Source of the DNA: Narcine bancroftii | Taxonomy: Eukaryota | Length of the DNA stretch: 64,000 nucleotides | NCBI RefSeq assembly: GCF_036971445.1 | Contig: NC_091476.1 | Coordinates: 75,640,001 to 75,704,000, forward strand | Reading direction: 5' to 3' | Part shown: one piece after another, positions 24,979 through 34,713 of the stretch | How the letters are laid out: each line of letters starts with the position of its first letter | Position numbering within the stretch: position 1 is the stretch's first letter | Position numbers and translations under genes: made by a program | Notes under the pieces: model-generated | What the model was told of the DNA's origin: nothing | Seen by the model: the letters and a program-made list of their open reading frames with translations, nothing else | The model's database searches: none

Positions 24979-25320
24979 TGCAAAATAAAACTGTACACAG
25001 TGTACACATGTAAACAGATAAAGAAATAGGAACAAACTGTGCAAAACAGAGAGGAAAAACATCAATGAGTCCTTAAATGAATCCCCAATCGAGTTTTTCG
25101 TTGAGAAGTCTGATGGCGGAGGTGTAGCAGCTTTTCCTGAACCTGGTAGTGTGAGTCTTGTGGCCCTTAGACTTCATTCCTGACAGCAGCAGCGAGAACA
25201 GAGCGGGTGCTGGGTGGGGTGGGTCCTTGATGATCGCTGCTGCTCTCCGACAGCAGCGTTTCCCCATCGATGTTCTCAACGGTGGGGGAGGGTTTTGCCT
25301 AGGATGCCCTGGGCTGTGTC
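24979..25320 (-). mobile_element. Rex/Babar-like LINE 3' end, continuation of 18010-18095 split by the ERV
   Basis: IIKDPPHPAPALFSLLLSG...TRFRKS; joins across the TSD. Confidence 0.8.
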
Positions 25321-25889
25321 CCTCTAATTTTTAGCAGTCAGTGTGTGCAAAAATACTACATTGTGCAAATCTTTTTCCAGTGACGAAAGTCTGTGCGCAC
25401 TTGAGCGCTTGTGCAAATGCAAACAGGGAATTGTTTCAATGTTGGCCCAGCTGGTCTCTCATGGCTAATCAAACTGTATTGGCATGTTTTAATATAATAC
25501 AAGTATGATTGCATTCTGTGAAGTTATGTATTTAGTTAAGATTTTATTGTATAGGTGACTAATTTCTTGTGCGCACATTAATTCTCTTGGTGTGCTGGTT
25601 GCAAAAGGTGCATGCAGCCGAGCGGGACAAATGCCTTCATTCACACCCTTTTACAGGGCTCTACACTCGGCGGGGGGAGGGGTGGGGAGAAATGTCCCCG
25701 TACCAGATCGTGATGCAGCCGGTCAGCGCACTTTCCACCGTACCTCTGTAGAAAATCGCCAGGGTTTCTGGTGTCATCCCAGACCTGCAAAAATAATTCC
25801 TTTATTTATTTTAATGTAATTTATGGTAAAATTTTCAACTGCAATGCTGCCGCAAAACAACGAATTTTTCATGATGCGGAATCCAAACT

Positions 25890-26230
25890 GATGCCGAGCA
25901 GCGTCTGTGCAGAAGCTGCCCCTCCCCAAGATTTCACTCGTCATTTGCAGTATCTGCGGCGTTTTGCTTCTTCTCACCGTAATGTCCAGAGGGCAGGTTA
26001 CCGTAATACCTCAACGGAGCAGGCACGGTGCGGCTGATGCGCAGGCGCACAGCGGTCGGGGCCGGGATGAGCAGCCGCGGCCTAGCGACGTCCGTCGGCG
26101 CTTTGCTGGCGGTGGGCGCCGGCTGGGTGAGCTGGCTGATGGTGGGCCCGAGCGAGCGGCGGACAGTCGACCTCTCCAAGGTGGGGGCGGCGGGCGGGGA
26201 GAGGGAAGGGGAGAGGTAGAGGGAGGGCGT
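25890..26230. promoter_or_regulatory. CpG island / probable bidirectional promoter with NRF1 site
   Basis: CpG-dense; TGCGCAGGCGCA at 26038-26049 just upstream of the UQCC3 ATG; minus-strand donor-like sites near 25977 and 26001. Confidence 0.7.
26067..26180 (+). CDS. UQCC3: Ubiquinol-cytochrome c reductase complex assembly factor 3, exon 1
   Basis: MSSRGLATSVGALLAVGAGWVSWLMVGPSERRTVDLSK (TM segment, P.ERR motif as in human VTPGERRKQEMLK); AAG|gtgggg donor. Confidence 0.85.
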
Positions 26231-26254
26231 GGTGAGCCTCCCAACACCTCTCCC

Positions 26255-26875
26255 TATGCAAACCTCCATCCGTCCCAGCACCTCCCACCAGTACAAACCC
26301 CCACCCGTCCCAGCAGCCCCTCCCACCAGAACAAACCCCCACCCGTCCCAGCAGCCCCTCCCAATGCAAACCCCCTCCCGTCCCAGTACCTCCCCCAATG
26401 CAAATCCCCACCCGTCCCAGCACCTCCCCAAATGCAAACCCCCACCAGTACAAACCCCCACCCGTCCCAGCTGCCCCTCCCAATGCAAACCCCCACCCGT
26501 CCCAGCACATCCTACCAATGCAAACCCCCTCCAGTCCCAACACCCCCAATGCAAATCCCCACACGTCCCAGCACTTCTCACCAATGCAAACCCCCACCCG
26601 TCCCAGCACCTCCCACCAATATAAACCCCAACCTGTCCCAGTACCCCCTCCCAATGCAAACCCCTTCCCGTCCCAGCCCCCCAATGCAAATCTCCTCCCG
26701 TCCCAGCACCCCCAATGCAAACCCCCACTTGACCCAGCACCTCCCACCAATGCAAACCCCCTCCCATCCCAGCTCCCCCAATGCAGACCCCCACCCATTC
26801 CTGCCCCCAGTACAAATCCCCAACCCTTCCCAACACCCCCAATGTAAATCCCCACCCGTCCCAACACCCACCCCA
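26255..26875. repeat. ~31-bp minisatellite in the UQCC3 intron
   Basis: About 19 units of ccaatgcaaacccccacccgtcccagcacctc. Confidence 0.9.
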
Positions 26876-26889
26876 GTGGAAACAGATCA

Positions 26890-27600
26890 TAAGAAATAGA
26901 TGCAGGAGTCAACCATCCAGCCCGTTGAGCCTGCTCCACCAGTCAATGAGATCATGGCTGATCTGATGAGAGGTACATCTCCACCGACCTGCTTTTCCCC
27001 ATACCCCTTAATTCCCCGACGATATAAAAATCTCTCCAATCTTAAATCTATTTACTGAGGTCGCTTCCACTGCTTCAATGGGCAGCGAATTCCACAGATT
27101 CTCCACCCTTTGGTAAAAGCAGTTCCTCCTCATCTCCGTCCTAAATCTCCCCTGTATCTTGAGGCTATGTCCCCTTGTTCTGGTCTCCCTCACCCATGGG
27201 AACAACTTACCGACCTCTATCTTATCTCTGCCTTTCATCATTTTATATGTTTCTATAAGATCCCGTATCATTCTTCTAAATTCCAGCGAGTACAGTCCCA
27301 GACACCTCAATCTCTCCTCATAAATAGGCCAACCCCCTCATCTCTGAAGCCAGTCCATCCTTCCTCGAGTAAGGAGACCAGATCTGCAGGCAGTTCTCCA
27401 GATGCGGCCTCACCAGGACCTTGTCCAGTGGCAGCAGAACCTCCCTGCTCCTAAATTCCATCCCTCTGACAATGAAGTGGCCTTCAGATGGTTCCATCTG
27501 ACTTCTCGATAACCTGCTGCACGCGCAAACTAACCTTTTGCGATTCATGCAGAAGCCCTCCCAAGTCCTGAACAGCTGCATGCTGCAATCACTTGTCGTT
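26890..27600 (-). mobile_element. CR1 LINE 3' fragment
   Basis: LGLYSLEFRRMIRDLIETYK, LVRPHLENCLQIWSP. Confidence 0.85.
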
Positions 27601-28030
27601 TAAACAAACTCACCCCAAGACACCATAATGGGGAAAAGTGAAGAATGGGCAGGGGTCAGGATTAAATTTTAAATTTAGATGTACAGCACGATAACAAGCC
27701 CTGTCTGCCCATGAGCCTGTGCCGCCCATTAATTGACCTACAACCACCAGTACGTTTCACTCAGTGAGTGGAAATCGGAGCACCCGGAGGAAACCCATGC
27801 AAACTCCTTACAGACAGCGCCCCAGTCCCGATCGTTGGCGCTGTTACCAGCATTTTGCTAACCATGCTGCCTATTGCGTGTCCCATTCTCTTACTGACAT
27901 GTCTGTCCATGGGGTCTCAGGCACCATCAGCCTGAGACCACCCTCAAATTGGAGGAACACGTTTGGGGCGACATGGTCGGATTGCAAATCTAATTCTAAC
28001 CCAGCCCCCCTGTTGCCTTCCCCCCTCCAG

Positions 28031-28177
28031 CACTTGCCTGAATCGAACACAGCTCAGTGGGAAGAGAGGAGGCGGCAAAATGCTCTGGTGATGGAGGCCA
28101 TCAAGAGGGCGGCGGAGAGCAACAAGAACGTGGCTTCGCAAAAGGACTGGAATCAGGGTTCCCAGTCAGATCACTGA
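28031..28177 (+). CDS. UQCC3: UQCC3 exon 2 (protein 86 aa in total)
   Basis: HLPESNTAQWEERRRQNALVMEAIKRAAESNKNVASQKDW resembles human LQEAATTQENVAWRKNW; ccctccag acceptor in phase 0; ATTAAA at 28312. Confidence 0.88.
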   Translation, partial: HLPESNTAQWEERRRQNALVMEAIKRAAESNKNVASQKDWNQGSQSDH

Positions 28178-29014
28178 CCTGGCTGTGGAAGGAATAAGGA
28201 GGAGTTGAGACTGGCCCGGAAAGGACTTGATCTGCATTACAGCCAGATCCTCCTAGACCCCAATTACTCCTCTGCTAGACTGTAAATATCGAACCTCTCA
28301 CCGGGTATCCAATTAAATTGGTTAAAACAGACATGCTGGAGAGCAGCTAGGTTAGCAAAGTGGTCAGCGCCAGCAACCGGGGATCAAATCCCGCACTGTC
28401 TGCAAGGAGTTTGGACATTCTCCACGTGGGTTTTCACCGGGGCAGGGAAGGGCTCCGGTTTCCTCCCACTGTTCAAAACGTACCGGGGCTGTTGGTCAAT
28501 TGGGTGTAAATTGGTCGTCATGAACTTGTGGGCTGAAAGGGCCCGTTACAGTATGTCTAAATTTAAATAAACATTAAGAAAATTTTAAATGAACTCAGCT
28601 GGCCTTGCAACTTCCACAGGCATTTCAGGCCTGAGCCGAAAAGAAGGATTGACGGGGATTGAAACATTTGGACAAAGTCAATGTAGAAAGGTTGTTCCCC
28701 ACGGTGGGAAAGTCTGGGACAAGAGGACACAACTTTCAGGATTGAAGGGCGCCCGCTCAGAACAGAGATGCGGAGAGATTTCTTCAGCCAGAGGGTGGTG
28801 AATCTGTGGAATTTGTTGCCATGTGTGTTTGTGGAGGCTGGGTCATTGGGTGTATTTAAGGCAGAGATCGATAGGTTGTTGATTATGCAGGGAATCAAAG
28901 GTTATGGGGAGAAGGCCGGGCAGTGGATCAGAGTAGAGAAATGGATCACCTCATGATTAAATTGTGGGGCAGACTCGATGGGCTGAATGGCCTACAGTAT
29001 AATGTTTAGTTTTG

Positions 29015-29350
29015 AGGACCAATTTTTCAGGTCAAATTTTAGGGGTATTGACTTTTACCCGGGTACTACTTTTGACCGCGTTAGGTTCCTGGGTTGTTCA
29101 AGGTGTCTGGGGCTTGGATGGCCAGAACTGGGTGGAGAGTCTATGTTCAGGGGGACGGGAGTTTGGATGGGTGAGTGGCCAGGAGCTCAGATGGGAGGGT
29201 AGTTGGGGTGTCGGCAGCTTGGACGGGAGGGCAGGTTGGGGAAAAAAATACGGGCTTTAACTTTTATGGGACAGAGGGAAAATACGCTATTTTGGGCCAG
29301 GAATGCGGGTGGGTTCAACTTGTACGTAAGATCGACTATTACACAGGTAT
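29015..29350. mobile_element. Possible non-autonomous TcMar/pogo-like element
   Basis: Paired ttgacttttac and tcaacttgtac...tcgactattac motifs resembling such termini. Confidence 0.3.
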
Positions 29351-30830
29351 TCTCGCTCCTTTGTCTTAATTGTTGAACTCCTCCCTCTTCCCATGGCCCC
29401 TTCCCCACTCATGTCACAATGGGGCAATGAGGCGTCACTGGGCAACTGACGAGGCTTCCAGAACCATTTGGTGGCAGTGGAGGAGATGGAGATGCTTCCT
29501 TGCTCGGGGCTGGGATCTGTGCCCAGACCATGATGGCAGTGGAGGATGCCAGTTGGACTCAGGACTCTCTGAAACCCCATCCCCACGGTAAGGAGCACCC
29601 AGGACCATCTGGCCACTCCGTCCCCATGACCACTCACCAGTTTCAGAAGGAGACCAGGACACATCATCAAATGGGGGAACTGATTCTGCTGTCGAACTCT
29701 GAAACACACCACATCACAGCCTGGTCTTGCTGTTCAATATCATGACATTCATTCTGGCCTCACCCTTCTCTGCCAGTTGACCAGAAGGGGAAGTGGTTTA
29801 GGACGGAGATGAGGGGGAACTGCTTTTCCCGGGGGGGGGGGCGAATCTGTGAAATTCGCTGCCCATTGAAGCAGTGGGGGCAACCTCAGTAAATATATTT
29901 CAGACAAGGTGGGGTAGATTTTTACATCGTGGGGGAATCAAGGGTTGTGGGGAAAAGGCAGGTCAGTGGAGATGAGCCCATCATCAGATCAGCCATGATC
30001 TCATTGTAGGTGGAACAGGCTCGATGGGCCGAATGCCCGATTCCTGTTCCTGTTTTTTACGTTCTCTGGACTTTTCCCATGCTAAGCTTTGGGGATCAAA
30101 CTTGAGTTAAGGTTCTACGTGACCTTACCAATACCCTGACTCCCATAGTGGTATCAAATGGATTTTACTCTGAGTTATATTCTCATCACCTACAGAACAG
30201 AAGAGATAGGAGGAGTTGGCCATCCGGCCCATCGCCCCACGACCGCCAATCGTCCCACGACCGCCCACCACCTCAACCCATGTAGAGCCAGTTTTGCCAG
30301 GCCCAAGGAGATTCTCCAAATGCCTTCCCTCCTTGCTGCCCCTCCCTCCTCAATGCCCCTCCCTCCTCACCGCCCCTCCCTCCTTACCACCTCACTCCAC
30401 CAACCCTCCTCACCACCCCTTTAATTGTATTTTTTTGCGTTTTTAGCAATAAATCAACACTGCCCCTTTATTATTGTTAATCCAGTTACACGTTCCGCAT
30501 CACGCTCCGTGTTCCTGCACAATTCGGGCTCTTCACATGCAACACACGTTCCAAACTGAGAGCAGGGTGCATCGCTTCCCACCATCGCATATGTGCATTC
30601 TCCAACCGTGATCGTTGGGGACAAGTTTTGTGACTGGATTCTCCTCTTCCAGTGATTTTTGGAAGACAGGCCTGACATATTTATGAGAAATGAATAGACT
30701 GTATAAACAATCATCCACAGCAGGCGAGTGCAGACTCATGTTGATTGAAGTCACGCTGACTCAGTCCCTCCCGTATTCCCCACGTCAAAGTTGAGTCCGA
30801 GCTGGGATCCCTTTACCCGATAGCAGTGCG

Positions 30831-33089
30831 ATGGACAGAATTCTCTGGATGCTTCGCGAACTGGCTCCCTGGTAATTCCCCAAATCTTCCTGAACGCTTT
30901 GAGGGTGAGGCCAAGGCTCCCAGGCCTGCAAGATGTCCCCCAAAAGTCATCGACTACCCACCGCCGAGTTTATCAGCAATGAACAAGTGGTGGGGTCACC
31001 AACGCTAAACCTTTAATGAACAAATTAGGTGAAAGTGTGGGGGAGTAAATCCATCCTGGCAAACTGCCAGCTGATTTCTGGAGCTGTAGTTGGAGAGAGC
31101 AGAGCTTCACTTGCACGCAATATATTCCCTCCTCACCATCCCCCCTCCTCAACCCCCTCTCCCCACTGGCTCTGTGAGATACAGCAACATCCCCTGCCCC
31201 CCATCGTTCCAAATCAGCCACTGCTGGCGGAGAACCTGTAGCCCTGCCCCCCCCCCCCCCCAAGGCCCCTGAGTATGGTCCTGAGGTTAATGGGAGTGGG
31301 TGAGGCCCCAGGGCATCTGGTCAGGGATGGTAGGTAATTCCTTACTCAAATGGTTCTCCTTCCCCTCTCCCCCTCCCCATTTCCCCCTCCTTCCTTCCTT
31401 GTTTGCATTTTACTCTCCTTTTCTCCTTCCCCTCCCTTTCTCACCCCCTTACCTATCCTCACCCCTTTCCTCTCCTCCTCTTCACCCCCCACCTCNNNNN
31501 NNNNNNNNNNNNNNNNNNNNNNNNNNNNNNNNNNNNNNNNNNNNNNNNNNNNNNNNNNNNNNNNNNNNNNNNNNNNNNNNNNNNNNNNNNNNNNNNNNNN
31601 NNNNNNNNNNNNNNNNNNNNNNNNNNCACCTTCTTCCCCCCCCCTGCCCCCAGATCTGGTGCTGGTGGTCCTCGCAATGCTGAGCTTGCTGCCAGCCGTG
31701 AAGGCCCTCCTATGCGTCACCGCCAAGTGGAGGCAAGCAATGGAGCACCTGGGCCAGCGAGGGATGAAGTGCCTGGGCTGGTGGGGGACAGGCCAGCAAG
31801 GACTCGGCTTCGCACCGCACCTCTGCCCGTGTTCGCCGCCCTTTGCCAGGTGCCCACTGCTGCCCTCCACCACCCCATGCTCAGGAGATGAAGGCACAGC
31901 AAGGTCCCCGGACAGGTCAGCGACCCTCTCGGTCTCCCCACTCACTGTGGAGGAGGTGGCAGACAAGCAGCTGTGCGCCCTGAAGCCACCAGCCCTCTTC
32001 TCCGCCTTCAGACCCCCTTCTGCAAGCGTCTTGTTTCCCTTGGCTTCTCCGGACCCCCTAACCGTGTCTCCAGGTCCTGGCTACCTTGGTGCCTTGCTGC
32101 AGCCAGCCGTCCATCTGGGAGAACCGGGCACGAAGCCTGGAAGAAGATGGTGGAAGCTCTGGAGGAAATCGGATTCCCATCTTGATGCCCCTGACCCGCC
32201 TGGTTCCTCAGCCAGTCTTGCAGGAGGGCCCGCTGCCTCCGTGGCACCTTGCCCCACGTGCCCATGGACTAGATATGCACCAGGAATCCCCCAGCAGATG
32301 CTGCCCTTCCCCGAGCGCCTTCCCTGTCCACGGCCAGAAGGCTGTGCCCTGGGGAAGGTCGCCTCGCCTCTACCTGGTGCTGCCAATGCTCTTGGCTCGG
32401 CCTATTGGTTGAATTGGTCCACTCTAAAGTCCAGACCGAGCCCAGGAATCAGCGAACGGGACAAGCAACGTCTTCCAGCAGCAAGAGGTTCCCACTTTCC
32501 CACCTCCCCATATCTGCTCTGCATGGATCCTTCCATGGGGAACATCCAGAGCCCCCAACCACCCCCCACCACTGCATCGAACCTGCCTCTCCCTGGGGTC
32601 AGTCAGGAGCCACCCTCCCCTCTCCAAAACTGGGAAACGCCCTCGACCTGTGATGAATTCGTTGAGATCGCTCTCGACGAGTCACTCCCCGCTGCACTTT
32701 CTGAGACCAGGGCGTGCTCGGCAATCTTGGAGCCCCTGATGGGATTCTGGACCAGGTTCCTCCCGTCTTTCAGTCTCAACTGCTTGGGGAAGAGGCAACA
32801 GGACCCTGATCCCAGAGAGAAGAATGGGGATGAAACCCTCAGCATCGCCCCGAAGGTTGGGGTGAAGCTGGAGGCACCGGGGACAGATGTGTGGGGCAAG
32901 ATTCTGACTCTGTCTTGCACCAGGCACAGCCCGCTAATCTGGGGCAAAGCCTTCATGGACCTCTTGTTCCACGAGTTGTTTGACCCCACCACCATGGCTG
33001 TCCCGAGGGTCCCGACTACCCAGTCCCAGGCAGATCCACCCAGCGAGGCTGCCCTTGGCCTATGGAATGAGACACAAGACCCCTTCTAA
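30831..33089 (+). CDS. Candidate orphan 3-exon gene, ~513-aa single-pass membrane protein (exons 30831-30871, 31265-31329, 31654-33089)
   Basis: GT-AG sites with matching phases (2, 1); 1436-nt open terminal exon with non-repetitive sequence; hydrophobic LVLVVLAMLSLLPAVKALLCV; AATAAA at 33258-33263. Confidence 0.55.
31496..31626. other. Assembly gap (N run)
   Basis: Run of N within a pyrimidine tract. Confidence 1.
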
Positions 33090-34558
33090 CCCTCCGTCCA
33101 GAGCCACTGGGAGGATGAATGTTTGCGCCAGGCGAGTCAGGAAGGGGGGGGGGTGACCCCGCAAAGAGGATTTCCCCAAGCCCACTATGTAACGGGGGTA
33201 TTCTACCCCTATTCCCCCACAATTCTGTTCCCCAAACCCGCCTGATTCACTGGGGAGAATAAAGAGCTCCTGTTGGCGTTGCTATGAGTGAGCGGATCTG
33301 GGGGTGGGTGCTGCAAGGGCAGGGGAGGGTGGGAGGGGTTGATAATTATGGATGGGCTAACTGGGTGTTGAGGAGAGAGGGAGTGGTTGGGAGGGGGAGG
33401 AAGGGAGGGAGGGTTTGGTGGGGGGTGGGTTGGGAGGGGAGGGGGAAGGACAGAGGGAGGGGGTGGGTGGGTTTGAAAGGGAGAGGGACGGAGAGGGGGC
33501 GGAGGGGGGAGTGAGTGCTGAATGTTGGTGATGGGGTGAGTGGGGGAGTGGGGAGGAAGCATGGGGAGAGGGAGTGGAGGGGGAGGGGTGATGGGCTGGG
33601 AGAGTGGGGTGGTGGAGAGATGTCAGGGAGGGGGGAGAAGGGTGGAGGGAGAGGGGAGGTGGGAAGGGGGTGGTGGGGAGAGGGGTGAACAGGAGTAGAG
33701 AAGGGGGAGGTGGGGAGAGGGGTGAATAGGAGTGGAGAAGGGGGATGGTGGGGAGGGGTTGTGGGGTTTGGGGGAGCACGCTGGTGAGGCCAGTATTAAC
33801 TACCCCTGAGCGACATAAGGGACCCATCATCCATGAACCGGTGCAGTCTGAATGGGGATCATCAGCCTTCTCCCCCCTCAGCCCCCCCAGGACCCCCTCT
33901 CAGCTTCCCCTCTTCCTGGGACCCCTGCTCAACCCCTCCACGACCCCCTCAGCCCCCTTGGAACCTTATCAGCCCCCCAGGACCCTCTCATCCCTCCTCA
34001 AGAACCACTCTCAACTTCTCCAGGACCCCCTCTCAGCCCCCTCGAGATCTCCTTTCAGCCCCCGGGGCAGGACCACTGGAGGGACCCCCCCTCCTTTGCA
34101 ACAGGTACAGGGAGGCATATCACAATGTGAACCCATTGGCGAGCGCGTAAAGTCGTTAACACGCATGCCCCAGTTTTCTGACCACGCGGCAGATATTTCT
34201 GCACCTTCAGAAACCAAACTCTCTAAAGGAATATTAATGTCATGGCCACTCGTCCCGTCTAGGTCAGCCTGGAACCTTCCTGCCCTCCAGCCAACTGCGG
34301 CTCCCAAGGTGTGCACTAGGACCCAGCGGACTCAGCACCCTGTGTCTGGGGACGCTCCACGTGCCTGGACACTGTCCTGGGTCATTGTGAACACCTAGGG
34401 TCACTCTCCCTCCACTCCTGGTCTCCGCACTCCCTCCACTCTCTGGGCCGCTCCCAGAGTTCATTGTCCAAGGCCTTCCCCTGGTGGCTGGTACCACTGT
34501 GCCTCTGGGGTCCTACCCAGAGCTGGCACTCACTACCTGTCAGCGGCCGCTCAGCCCC

Positions 34559-34713
34559 TCACTCCAGGATCACCGAGTCAAGTGCTCCCAGCAGCTCGCT
34601 TCCAGAGAGCAGCCCGGCACCATGGACAGGGGCGTTGATCTCACAGTCATTGGAGCTCAGCACTGGCAGGATACAATAGATGCTGCTAGCGTCCAGGAGG
34701 CAACCTGGCAACT
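34559..34713 (-). CDS. HIF-alpha last exon, C-TAD
   Basis: [36 protein letters not shown] versus HIF1A [35 protein letters not shown]. Confidence 0.92.

Noticed and set aside
30454-30754. Short minus-strand ORFs upstream of the orphan gene
   Set aside because: No homology or convincing splice structure; more likely promoter or UTR sequence.
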